A DNA stretch of 64,000 nucleotides. It comes from Pedobacter sp. (GTDB lineage Bacteria > Desulfobacterota > Desulfuromonadia > Desulfuromonadales > Syntrophotaleaceae). The stretch lies in the NCBI GenBank assembly GCA_050253415.1, contig JBFWJC010000001.1, positions 1,192,679 to 1,256,678 of the forward strand, in the 5' to 3' direction. Shown piece after piece: positions 8,529-18,140 of this stretch. A model generated the notes under the pieces. That model saw only the letters and a program-made list of their open reading frames with translations, did no database searches and had not been told where the DNA came from. How positions within the stretch are numbered: position 1 is the first letter of the stretch; each line of letters begins with the position of its first letter. The translations under genes and the position numbers were made by a program.

Positions 8529-10562
8529 TTATTGCCGATTAAACCGGGTTGTGGATCTCATCTGCCGTAGACCTTGGTCCGAATGTTTGGTTTTAAAAAT
8601 CCAAAGACAATAAAGCTTTTCATAAAATAGTTGATTATCATCAGCATATTTGACGGGAAAAATCAGTTTTGGAATGTTGCCGTGAGGACTTTTCCCGGCT
8701 ATCAAAGTGATAGCACAATTGAGAGTTTTAATTGGAGTATTCTCGTCGAGTACGAAAACTTTCAGACTGTTTGTTAGTTCAGAAAGGTTTATAGCAAGGT
8801 CTGATATGTTAAGTATCAAAATTGCCTTTAACTGTCCATTCATTTTCAGTGAAAAGATTTCGCGCTCTTTTTTAATGTTAATTCTTTTATATTCAGAGCC
8901 GAGATTATCCTGTTCCAAAGACTCTGACTCCAAATCCAGCGCACTGATTAGTAATCCGCCAGATAGGCTTTCATAGTAAGCTGCAAAGTCAAGCATATCC
9001 TCCTTGGATGCTTTCTTTAATTCCCAAGGCCCCGTCAGGTCCCAATCGCAAGTTTCAGTTATGTCCTGGTGGTAATAAGCAAAAGTATCAATTGAGCAAC
9101 TTTTGGGATCGTTGAGTTCTTCAGTTACGCCGCCAAAGACACGTTTTGGAAAACGATTTTCGGGGCGGAAATAACAAATTACATAATCCATATGCATGGA
9201 ATAAATGCTGTGTGAATCGTTGATAAAACTTCCTATTTGGTTAAGTACGGCTATGCCCGCCTTGCGGCCTTTGGTTCCTTTGGCGGCATGATGGTGTATC
9301 ATCCACGCTTTTTCATAAAAACGTAGTGTTGAAATATGACCAAGAATAGCACCTTTGTCTCTATAGATGAAATGGCGGGCAATGTTGGGGTTTTCAGTGT
9401 AAAGGGTTTGATAGACCTGCTTTGCCCTTTCTTTGTTCTCTTGCAGGTGCTTGTATTTCTGTGGGTATATAAATCCCGATTCAAAAAAGAAATGCCAAAG
9501 CTCGTCCATGTCTACGGTGTCACAAATGTATGCATTAGGGTCACAGGCATTTTGTAACAGCCCCAGAAGTTGCACGTGTTCGTTGACGGGCATGTCGAGA
9601 AAAACAATTCCGCACCGGCAGTTTTCTTTGTTGTCTTCCTCGAAAGTGGTCCGATGAATAATCTGGCCGTCAAAGGTCAATTGGAAGTTGTTGGTAAAGC
9701 GAAGTTTGACGTTTTTAAGGAACATGCCAGGCAGCAGTACCGGGTTGCTGCGATCCTCCTCGACCGATAAACCTGAGCCGGAGATATTGACAACCTTTAG
9801 ATTTACAAGCTTTTTGGTCAGAGGATGCGAGAACACAATGCTGGGAAGAGGTAATAGCTCCTGTCGAGTGCTCCGCGACTTTTTCGCCCTGAAGCGTTTG
9901 GTATTGTCCGTAGTCGGGCAGAGAACGAACTCCCTGTTTTGTTTGGCGATGCTTTCACGAACGATTTTGCATTCTCCGCAAAAGATTGTCTGGTGACCGT
10001 CCTGGAAAAGTATGTTGACGGGAAGTTCTGAATTTAACCACTGGTAGGATTGGGGTGGTTCCAGTGCAATTTGTACGCAAAAGGACAAGGCGTTGAAGTC
10101 GGTCAGCTTACCTTGAAAAAGCGCACTGTTTTGTATCAGGGATACGCGGATGTCCGGACACCGATAGCGTTCTAATTTTCGGAGTCCGATTCTCGTGCAG
10201 GATTCCGGTAAATCGACCCTGATCCCCATGCCATTGTATTCAACGTGTGTGGCGGAAACTAGAAGTGAATCTCGTCCCATCGGTACGATAATGTTCTGAA
10301 GTTCAAACGATGAAAGGTTTGAAGGAATAGCGTCAGGGTCTTGCCATACGCAGTCCAGTTCCTTGCCGGAGCAGGGTAAAGGTGAGGCGTTGAGGGCAAT
10401 CGTACGATCAAAATGCTTATGTCGGAAATTGACGATTATATGCTTGTTTTGAAAGTTTAAATAATTTAGCCGATTGATAAGGATATCTCTGGCTATTTGT
10501 TTTTGCTGCTCCGTTTGGACAGGGGAGACAGCTAACTCAGAGCCGTTAATCATAGCTTCCAC
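8529..10562 (-). CDS. Tandem-PilZ domain protein with a C-terminal putative GNAT-like domain
   Basis: RKLER..DFNALS and RSTR..NISGSG are PilZ-like motif pairs. The C-terminal ~330 aa (GHISTLRFY..WMIHHHAA..YVICYFRPEN) has an acyltransferase-like pattern. The ORF is clear; the GNAT call is inference. Confidence 0.65.
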   Translation of the reverse strand: MEAMINGSELAVSPVQTEQQKQIARDILINRLNYLNFQNKHIIVNFRHKHFDRTIALNASPLPCSGKELDCVWQDPDAIPSNLSSFELQNIIVPMGRDSLLVSATHVEYNGMGIRVDLPESCTRIGLRKLERYRCPDIRVSLIQNSALFQGKLTDFNALSFCVQIALEPPQSYQWLNSELPVNILFQDGHQTIFCGECKIVRESIAKQNREFVLCPTTDNTKRFRAKKSRSTRQELLPLPSIVFSHPLTKKLVNLKVVNISGSGLSVEEDRSNPVLLPGMFLKNVKLRFTNNFQLTFDGQIIHRTTFEEDNKENCRCGIVFLDMPVNEHVQLLGLLQNACDPNAYICDTVDMDELWHFFFESGFIYPQKYKHLQENKERAKQVYQTLYTENPNIARHFIYRDKGAILGHISTLRFYEKAWMIHHHAAKGTKGRKAGIAVLNQIGSFINDSHSIYSMHMDYVICYFRPENRFPKRVFGGVTEELNDPKSCSIDTFAYYHQDITETCDWDLTGPWELKKASKEDMLDFAAYYESLSGGLLISALDLESESLEQDNLGSEYKRINIKKEREIFSLKMNGQLKAILILNISDLAINLSELTNSLKVFVLDENTPIKTLNCAITLIAGKSPHGNIPKLIFPVKYADDNQLFYEKLYCLWIFKTKHSDQGLRQMRSTTRFNRQ

Positions 10563-10604
10563 ATTACACCTGCAGTTTCAGTTGTTGCAAATCATTAAAG
10601 ATGT

Positions 10605-12887
10605 TCAGGCATGGACCCGATCAGGAAAGCTGCGGGTAAAGTTCTGTACTGCATCGCTGGCTTGCCGATGGAGGCCAACGAACTCAACGCCGAATCCGGA
10701 AGGGAAGGCAAGTTTGCGGGGCAAGGACGGGTGGTTTACCCAGGCGACTCGCCCTCCCGCTTCTATGATATTGCTGGGGCTGTTGGGGAGAAAAAAGGAG
10801 AGTTTTATCGGGGTACCTTCGCTGATTGCGGTATTGCTTGCGACAAAAATGCCCCCGGCACTTATGTCTGTACTTGTCCCGAAAATTGAGTGGCCCTGGT
10901 TTTCAAAAACGACCGGTGTACGGCAAGGTACGCGCACGATTTCGCGTTTTATCGCAGGCGCCTGACGCAACATGCGTTCGTAATCTTCGGGATATGTCTT
11001 TTTGAAATAACTTAAAAAGGCTTTTACGATTTTTCCGTCAAAGTGGGAGAAAGCTTCCTGTTTCAACACCTTGTAGGCGATATTCAGGGGCATGGGTTCC
11101 CGGTAGTGGCGTTGAGCCGTAATGGCTTCAAAAAAGTCCGCAACGGCAATGATTTTTGAACCGATAGGGATTTCTGCGTCTGTCAGCCCCTTTGGATAAC
11201 CACTGCCGTCGATTTTTTCATGGTGCGCTCCGGCAACGACCGGAACGCGTTTGTAGATACCTTCAAAGTTGATCTGTTTCAGGATGCTATGACTTTGTTG
11301 AGCGTGGGTTTTGACAATATCGTATTCTTCAACCGTCAACCTGCCGGCTTTTTTGAGGATGGCGTCGGGGACAGCAATCTTTCCATAGTCGTGCAAAAGC
11401 GCAGCGACTCGGACCATCTCACAATAATCTTCGGACAAGTTCAGTTCCCTGCAGATACCCAGAGAATATTCCGTAACTTTTTCGGAATGGCCGGCTGTCA
11501 GGGGATCTCTCGCGTCGATGGTGGCTGCCAAAACATGCAAGGTGGAGTTAAACTGACGCTTGCGCGATGCCAGCAACTGCGCGTTGCGGATGCTCACCCC
11601 GATAACGCTGGCAAGACCGCTGAGTAAGTTCAGATCGCTTTGCGTCAGCGGGCGATGCGTATGGGTATGATCGACAGTCAGCACGCCAAGCGCCTTGCCA
11701 TCACACAGGATCGGACAGCAAATGACCGCACGGCAACCTGTTTTTCGTAGAAAATTAAGGCTGTAGTCAGGCAGGTTTCCCTGTGGTTCATCGATATCGT
11801 TGATGAGAAAAGGTTTCATTTCCCGGAAAACAATGGTGAAGATGTCTTCCGTTGGGCGTGTGCTCAGGGGGAACAGGGTGTTTTTAAGAAGTAGTTTTAC
11901 GCGGGGAGGAAGCCCAAAACCGACACGAAAATTCAGTCGGGTTTTGTCCGCATCCGCGAGCAGAATCAGGCCTCTGTCAAAATCAAGACGTTTTTCAAAT
12001 GTTTGCGAGACACTTTGAAGAATATCTTCGATCGTCGTTTTGCTGCTGATAGCCTGCGAAATCTCATTGGTAAGCAAGGCATTGTTGTAGTTTCTGCTTA
12101 TTTGATCAACCATCTCTTCGGAAGCGTTGCGCATGTGCAAAAGGCTTTTGGAGAGATGTTTTTTTTGAAGATGATCGGTAATCATCGATATCCCGAAAAA
12201 AAATCCTGCAGACACCGGTAGTGTCGCCTGTAAGGCAATCTGCGGGTCAAAAAAACAGGTGATCGCTGGCGCAGTCAGGGCAGCAACGCCCGATAACTTA
12301 CGGACTTTTTGAAAGGTTTGACAGAGGGATGGTTTCCAGTTGATCAGGTAGAGGCAGTATTCATGCTGACGGTTGACACATTCAGGATGGTCAATGCGTG
12401 GTATCTCCAGGTCGAAGACGGTCACAATCGCTTCGAATATCCCTTTGCGAAATTGACATTGGCCAGAATTTTCCGTGATACCTGGAAGCGTTTTGACTTT
12501 TATTTCTATTTGGCTCGGACCGAGTTGTCTGCATTCAATGGTGCAGGAATGCACAAGGTTGGCCATGGTTTGTTTCAGGTTTTTAAATGCATTGGCGGGG
12601 GATGCAAAACCTAGGATGTATTGGCGGATGAGCCCATTAGTTTCAGGAGCGGCGGCAAAACGTCCTGCCTCTCGCGCAATTTGGGGGTCGCCAGTTTCCT
12701 TCGTGATGTTTTCGTAAAAAGAATCAAATTTTTGTTGCGTGAACCAGTAGTGGGGATCCGCTACTTCGTGGGGCTGGATGTTTGATTTTTTTAATAAAGA
12801 GTCGATCTTGATATGATCATACTTCTGGCGGAGAAGTTTGAGGTAAATATTGAATATTTTGCTGTTGTATAGAGGCTCGCCGCTCAT
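10605..12887 (-). CDS. Membrane-anchored HD-GYP c-di-GMP phosphodiesterase (V4R-like sensor, 2 TM, GAF, HD-GYP, PilZ), paralogue 2
   Basis: Same architecture as 6178-8493: TAGHSEKV, LLHDYGK, HHEKIDGSGYPKGL; PilZ motifs REIVR and DISAGG. Confidence 0.88.
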   Translation of the reverse strand: MSGEPLYNSKIFNIYLKLLRQKYDHIKIDSLLKKSNIQPHEVADPHYWFTQQKFDSFYENITKETGDPQIAREAGRFAAAPETNGLIRQYILGFASPANAFKNLKQTMANLVHSCTIECRQLGPSQIEIKVKTLPGITENSGQCQFRKGIFEAIVTVFDLEIPRIDHPECVNRQHEYCLYLINWKPSLCQTFQKVRKLSGVAALTAPAITCFFDPQIALQATLPVSAGFFFGISMITDHLQKKHLSKSLLHMRNASEEMVDQISRNYNNALLTNEISQAISSKTTIEDILQSVSQTFEKRLDFDRGLILLADADKTRLNFRVGFGLPPRVKLLLKNTLFPLSTRPTEDIFTIVFREMKPFLINDIDEPQGNLPDYSLNFLRKTGCRAVICCPILCDGKALGVLTVDHTHTHRPLTQSDLNLLSGLASVIGVSIRNAQLLASRKRQFNSTLHVLAATIDARDPLTAGHSEKVTEYSLGICRELNLSEDYCEMVRVAALLHDYGKIAVPDAILKKAGRLTVEEYDIVKTHAQQSHSILKQINFEGIYKRVPVVAGAHHEKIDGSGYPKGLTDAEIPIGSKIIAVADFFEAITAQRHYREPMPLNIAYKVLKQEAFSHFDGKIVKAFLSYFKKTYPEDYERMLRQAPAIKREIVRVPCRTPVVFENQGHSIFGTSTDISAGGIFVASNTAISEGTPIKLSFFLPNSPSNIIEAGGRVAWVNHPSLPRKLAFPSGFGVEFVGLHRQASDAVQNFTRSFPDRVHA

Positions 12888-13387
12888 ATGACCTTAGCCC
12901 TTACCTTAGCCTTTATAGTGCTTTGAGTCTTGAAGAAAAATGTTGGTAATCGAATTCGGTATTTAAGACAGGTAAATTTTGTGCCAGAGTTTCTGTTTCC
13001 AAAACAGGCCGGAATAGAAATCTTTCACTTATCATACACTTCGCTGCGATTTTTGCAATTTATTCATTGTTGGTCAAGGCAATATATTGCTGATGTAAAA
13101 AGTTGGGGCCTGAATGGTTAGATGGTTCCATATAGGCATGCCCAATCTTTGTGGTGCGAGATTGGATGGGTGGGGTAACGGTCTGGATGTGTGTTGTTAA
13201 AAGAGTTCCGCCATAAACTCTTTTTGGCAAACTCAAATGAACATATTCCGGAGTACGGTACGATGGTTGGGAAACGCTTGATTGTACGGATTGCTACTAG
13301 TACAAATGGGAAAATGGCTTTGGTGTTGTCTGGTCTAACCACCCAGTACAGCAGTCAAGGTAGACGAAAAGTGGAAAATAAAATTGA

Positions 13388-14698
13388 CTATTCCGGACAG
13401 TTGTCGGGTTTACGTCGATTTTCAAATTCCTGCATACGTTTTTCGTAGCCTCTTTCAGATGAGTAATAAAAACGTTGCCCGCGCAAAGACTCGGGAAGGT
13501 AGTCCTGAGCGACCCAAGCCTCCGGATAGTCGTGTGGATAACGGTATCCGTCCCCGTAGCCGATATCTTTCATCAGGCGGGTCGGTGCGTTGCGCAGGTG
13601 GGCAGGTACAGGCAGAGCCCCGCTTTGACGTACTGTCGCCAAGGCCCGGTCGATGGCGAGGTAGGCCGCATTGCTTTTGGGGGCGCATGCCAGGTAGGTA
13701 GCCGCTTGAGCAAGCGGGATCCGGCCTTCGGGCATGCCGATGAAATGCACTGCCTGTTGCGTCGCAACTGCCAGTTGCAGTCCGCGGGGGTCTGCATTGC
13801 CGACATCCTCCGCAGCAAAAATAACCATACGTCGAGCGATGAATAGGGGATCTTCTCCCGCTTCTATCATGCGGGCCAGCCAATACAGGGCTGCGTCAGG
13901 GTCGGATCCCCGGAGGCTTTTTATGAAGGCTGAAATGACGTTGTAATGTTCTTCGGCGCCTTTGTCGTAGCGCACTCCTCGCTGTTGCAACGCATCTTTG
14001 ATTGCCTGCAAATTGATGACAGATTGTCCTTTACTTAAATCGGCCGCCACTTCCAAGGCGTTCAAGGCAATGCGGGCATCGCCCTGGGCTTGTTCTGCGA
14101 GAAAGGCCAGGGCCTCCCTGTCTGTTTCGGGGAAAGTTCCGGACAAGCCACGGGTATCGGTCAGGGCTCGCTCCAGCAAATGTTCAATGTCAGGCGTTTC
14201 CAATGGGTGCAGTACAAATACGCGTGAGCGGGACAGCAAGGCAGAGTTTACTTCAAACGAAGGGTTTTCGGTGGTGGCACCGATAAGGGTGATATCACCT
14301 TTTTCCACATAGGGTAGGAATGCGTCCTGCTGGGCCTTGTTGAAGCGGTGTATTTCATCCACGAAGAGCAGAGTCTTGCGATCGTGGTAAGCACGTTCTT
14401 CTCGAGCTTTCTGAACGATTTCCCGGATTTCCTTGATGCCCTGAAGTACGGCCGAAAAGAACACGAAGCGGCTTCGGGTGGCCCCTGCTATGACCTGGGC
14501 CAGGGTGGTCTTGCCCGTTCCCGGCGGGCCCCAAAAAATAACAGAAGAGAGGCGGTCGGTTTCAATCAGGCGGCGCAACACCTTGTCTTTGCCAATCAGG
14601 TGCTGCTGTCCGACCATTTCTTCCAGGGTTCTGGGACGCATACGTTCAGCCATGGGAGCCTGCGCATTTACATGCATGTCGTTTTCAAAAAGATCCAC
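13388..14698 (-). CDS. rarA: Replication-associated recombination protein A (MgsA)
   Basis: PMAERMRP, Walker A GPPGTGKT, DEIHRFNKAQQD, GATTENPSF, SAFIKSLRGSDPDAA. GTG start at 14698 after AAGGA is inferred. Confidence 0.93.
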   Translation of the reverse strand: MDLFENDMHVNAQAPMAERMRPRTLEEMVGQQHLIGKDKVLRRLIETDRLSSVIFWGPPGTGKTTLAQVIAGATRSRFVFFSAVLQGIKEIREIVQKAREERAYHDRKTLLFVDEIHRFNKAQQDAFLPYVEKGDITLIGATTENPSFEVNSALLSRSRVFVLHPLETPDIEHLLERALTDTRGLSGTFPETDREALAFLAEQAQGDARIALNALEVAADLSKGQSVINLQAIKDALQQRGVRYDKGAEEHYNVISAFIKSLRGSDPDAALYWLARMIEAGEDPLFIARRMVIFAAEDVGNADPRGLQLAVATQQAVHFIGMPEGRIPLAQAATYLACAPKSNAAYLAIDRALATVRQSGALPVPAHLRNAPTRLMKDIGYGDGYRYPHDYPEAWVAQDYLPESLRGQRFYYSSERGYEKRMQEFENRRKPDNCPE

Positions 14699-14916
14699 CT
14701 GTTTTGATCCTTGCTGCGAAAAAGAAATTTTGACTGCCTGTCTTTTCGGATGAATAGCAGGCTGAAGTATTTTCGTCATGCGGGAAACTCGAATGTAGCA
14801 TACATGTGATATCCCCCACAACTGTCAAAGAAGGGCTAAGTTCTTGAAAGTGATGGACTTTGCTCGAAGGGCTATGTTAGTTTTGCTCCTGGCTATCCAG
14901 GTGGAGAATGTGTGAC

Positions 14917-15774
14917 ATGAAAAAAATCGGTATATACGCGAAATGCAATCATCCTGACGCTGTTATGGTGGCGCGCGATGTTGTTTGCTGGTTACGTGAT
15001 CGCGGGCTGGAAGTTTTTCTGGAGAAAAGCCTTGCCCAGAATATAGGGGGGCAGGATGCGGGGTATGACCGCAGCCTCATTCCGGCCATGGTTGATCTTA
15101 TTATCGTGTTGGGCGGTGACGGTACGCTTATTTCGGTGGCTCGTCAGGTGTGCGGGCGTGATATTCCCATTCTCGGGGTTAACCTTGGCAGTCTCGGTTT
15201 TTTGACCGAGGTGACGCGCGGAGAATTGTACCTTTCGCTGGAAAAGGTTCTCCGGGGGGAGTTCACGCTTTCCGAGCGCATGATGCTGGAAGCCGTGGTC
15301 TGGCGGGAAGGCGTGGAAGCAGGAAGATTTTGTGTTCTCAACGATGTCGTGATTAACAAAGGGGCCATTGCTCGTATCATCGACATGGAAGTATCTGTTG
15401 ATGCCGCATATTTAACAACTTTCAAGGCCGACGGCTTGATAATTGCAACGCCAACCGGATCGACGGCTTATAATCTTTCCGCAGGGGGGCCGATCATTTC
15501 GCCAGGTTTGCATTGCCTGGTTGTTACACCGATCTGTCCTCACATGTTGGCAAATCGTCCCTTGATCGTTTCGGACACGGTATGTATTCGTATTGAGGTC
15601 AAATTCCGTGATCAGGATGTGCTGCTGACGGCAGACGGGCAGGTCGGGATGGCGCTGGAGGCCGGGGATGTGGTCGAAATTCGCAAGGCCCAGCGATGTA
15701 CCCGGCTGATAAAAAGCCTGTCCAAGGAATATTTTGAAGTGCTGCGTACCAAGTTGGGCTGGGGGGAACGTTGA
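14917..15774 (+). CDS. nadK: NAD kinase
   Basis: GGDGT, GVNLGSLGFL, LND, DGLIIATPTGSTAYNLSAGGP. Lies upstream of recN, the usual arrangement. Confidence 0.95.
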   Translation: MKKIGIYAKCNHPDAVMVARDVVCWLRDRGLEVFLEKSLAQNIGGQDAGYDRSLIPAMVDLIIVLGGDGTLISVARQVCGRDIPILGVNLGSLGFLTEVTRGELYLSLEKVLRGEFTLSERMMLEAVVWREGVEAGRFCVLNDVVINKGAIARIIDMEVSVDAAYLTTFKADGLIIATPTGSTAYNLSAGGPIISPGLHCLVVTPICPHMLANRPLIVSDTVCIRIEVKFRDQDVLLTADGQVGMALEAGDVVEIRKAQRCTRLIKSLSKEYFEVLRTKLGWGER

Positions 15775-15823
15775 ACCCGGATCCTCGGTACGTCTGCCGG
15801 GGTTGCTCAATCAAGGGGGAGCT

Positions 15824-17506
15824 ATGCTGACGGATCTCCATATCAGGCATTTCGCGATCATTGACCGACTGCATGTGTCATTCTGTCGCGGATTTAATGT
15901 GCTGACCGGTGAAACAGGAGCCGGTAAGTCGATCATTGTCGATGCTGTTGCACTTATTCTGGGTGGTCGGGCTAATCCTGACCTGGTAAGAACCGGAGAG
16001 GATGAAGCCGTCGTGGAGGCGGTATTCGATCTTTCCGATAAACCCCTGTTGCGCCGTGAATTGGATGAGGCTGGTTTCGGGGACGAAGACGAACTGTTGG
16101 TTAAGCGGGTGGTTAATCGCACCGGCCGCAACAAGATTTTTATCAACGGGTCCCTCGCCAAGTTGTCTCAATTGCAACCTTTGACCACCCGGTTGATGAA
16201 TATCTACGGCCAGCATGAGCACCAGAGTCTGCAGCGTGTCGAACATCATCTGGCCATGTTGGATCGTTTTGCGGGACTGACGGCTGATGTCGAAGACTAT
16301 TGCCAGTTGTTTTCCCACGTTCGTGAACAGGATGCGCGTCTTCAGGCTTTGGAAGAGGCTGAACAGCAGCGCCATGAACGCCTTGAGCAATTGAAGTTTC
16401 AGCAGGTGGAGCTGGCCTCCGCCGAGCTCAAGGAGACGGAGGAGGACGACCTTCAAGCGGAACGGCGCCTGATTCAGAATTCCGAGCGGCTGGTGCGGGT
16501 AGCCGAACGCGGCTACGAAGCTTTTTATGCTGCTGAAGGGGCAATCAGCGAGCAGCTTGATACGATTGCCGGCGAACTGGAGAAGCTCCGTGATGTCGAC
16601 CCGTTTTTGGTGGAGCCCGCCGAGGAAATCCGCAGTGCCTTGTACGTGGTTGAGGATGTTGCCTTCAAACTTCGGGAGTATGCAAGCCGCGTGTCTTTCG
16701 ATCCGGCCCGGCAGGCCGAGGTTGAAAAACGCCTTGACCTTATTGCAAGCCTCAAACGCAAATACGGCATGAGCGTTGGCGATCTGATCGCCCATGCCAA
16801 GGCCATCACCGATCAGATCGAAGATTTAACTCATGCCGATGCCCGGCGCGAAAGTTTGAAACAAAAACTGGTTGTCGATCGGGAGTCTCTTCTTGCCAAG
16901 GCCCAGGAACTTTCTGCTCGCCGTTGTGAAGCGGCCGAACAGTTGCGCTCCGCCGTGGAGGTAGAATTGGCTGATTTGGCCATGCAGCGTGCTTCATTTG
17001 AAATGCGTCTGTTTCCGCTTGACGATCCTGGTCCTCTGGGGCTTGAACGCGGCGAGTTCTACCTTGCGCCCAACGCGGGGGAGGCCCCCAAACCTTTGGC
17101 ATGGATTGCCTCTGGCGGCGAATTGTCGCGTATCATGCTGGCCTTGCGGCGAGCTGCGCCCGGGGGGGATGAAATTTCGACCCTGATTTTCGACGAAGTC
17201 GACGCGGGGGTCGGGGGGGTTGCCGCAAGCGCCATCGGGGCTAAGCTTCGGGATATTGCCGACCAGGCTCAGGTGCTCTGTGTTACTCATCTGCCGCAAG
17301 TCGCCGCCTGCGCCGATCATCACTACCGGATTCAGAAACAGGAAAAAGATGGAAGGACCTTTACCGAGCTGGTTTCGTTGCAGGGTGAACAGCGGGTAGA
17401 GGAAATGGCGCGAATGTTAGGCGGAGCCCAAGTGACCGAACGCACTTTGGAGCATGCGCGAGAAATCATCGGTCAGTCCATGTCGGGGCAACAAGGGGAG
17501 GGTTGA
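15824..17506 (+). CDS. recN: DNA repair protein RecN
   Basis: LTGETGAGKS, GQHEHQ, ASGGELSRIML, IFDEVDAG, CVTHLPQVA. Confidence 0.96.
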   Translation: MLTDLHIRHFAIIDRLHVSFCRGFNVLTGETGAGKSIIVDAVALILGGRANPDLVRTGEDEAVVEAVFDLSDKPLLRRELDEAGFGDEDELLVKRVVNRTGRNKIFINGSLAKLSQLQPLTTRLMNIYGQHEHQSLQRVEHHLAMLDRFAGLTADVEDYCQLFSHVREQDARLQALEEAEQQRHERLEQLKFQQVELASAELKETEEDDLQAERRLIQNSERLVRVAERGYEAFYAAEGAISEQLDTIAGELEKLRDVDPFLVEPAEEIRSALYVVEDVAFKLREYASRVSFDPARQAEVEKRLDLIASLKRKYGMSVGDLIAHAKAITDQIEDLTHADARRESLKQKLVVDRESLLAKAQELSARRCEAAEQLRSAVEVELADLAMQRASFEMRLFPLDDPGPLGLERGEFYLAPNAGEAPKPLAWIASGGELSRIMLALRRAAPGGDEISTLIFDEVDAGVGGVAASAIGAKLRDIADQAQVLCVTHLPQVAACADHHYRIQKQEKDGRTFTELVSLQGEQRVEEMARMLGGAQVTERTLEHAREIIGQSMSGQQGEG

Positions 17507-17511
17507 ATTTT

Positions 17512-17961
17512 ATGATCCGGAAAGCGCGTATTCCAGATGTCAAAGTTGTTCACAAGTTGCTGCTCAGTTATGCACAAGAGGGGCTCATGTTGTCGCGTTC
17601 CCTTGCCGACATGTATGAGTGCCTGCGCGATTTTTATATCCTTGAGCAAGACGACGAAGTGATTGGCGCGGTTGCGCTGCATATCTGTTGGGAAGATCTG
17701 GCGGAAATCAGGTCTTTGGCCGTCTCGCAAGCGCACGAGCGTCGAGGGGTGGGCCGCCAGCTCGTACAGGCATGCCTTGACGAAGCCCGCACACTCGGGT
17801 TGAAACAGGTTTTTGCGCTGACTTATCAGCCTGGTTTTTTTGAAAAGATGGGGTTCGATTATATCGAGAAATCCGAACTTCCTCAAAAAATCTGGAGTGA
17901 CTGTCTGAAGTGCCCGAAATTTCCTGATTGTGATGAAATCGCTATGAGCATCCGGCTCTGA
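17512..17961 (+). CDS. Short ArgA-type N-acetyltransferase (GNAT)
   Basis: WEDLAEIRSLAV, RGVGRQLV, VFALTY..FF.KMGF, LPQKIWSDCLKCPKFPDCDE. argJ lies nearby. Confidence 0.82.
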   Translation: MIRKARIPDVKVVHKLLLSYAQEGLMLSRSLADMYECLRDFYILEQDDEVIGAVALHICWEDLAEIRSLAVSQAHERRGVGRQLVQACLDEARTLGLKQVFALTYQPGFFEKMGFDYIEKSELPQKIWSDCLKCPKFPDCDEIAMSIRL

Positions 17962-18140
17962 CAGGGGGGGGCGGCGGGTAGTAATTCCGGGGCGTTCCGG
18001 GGTGCTTTGCATTTTGATTGAGCAGTTGGGACAAGCGTTTGCGGTCAAAGGAAGATGTTTTTAATCCTTGACAGGTCCTGACCTTTTCCATTAATAACTT
18101 TTAGCTACTGTTTGTTCCTGCCGTTACCAAGGAGGTTTTT

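Noticed and set aside
12971..12987. Sigma54 promoter for the HD-GYP operon (minus strand TGGCAC-AAAAT-TTAC)
   Set aside because: The -24 box and spacing are good, but the conserved -12 GC is AC. Not enough support to call.
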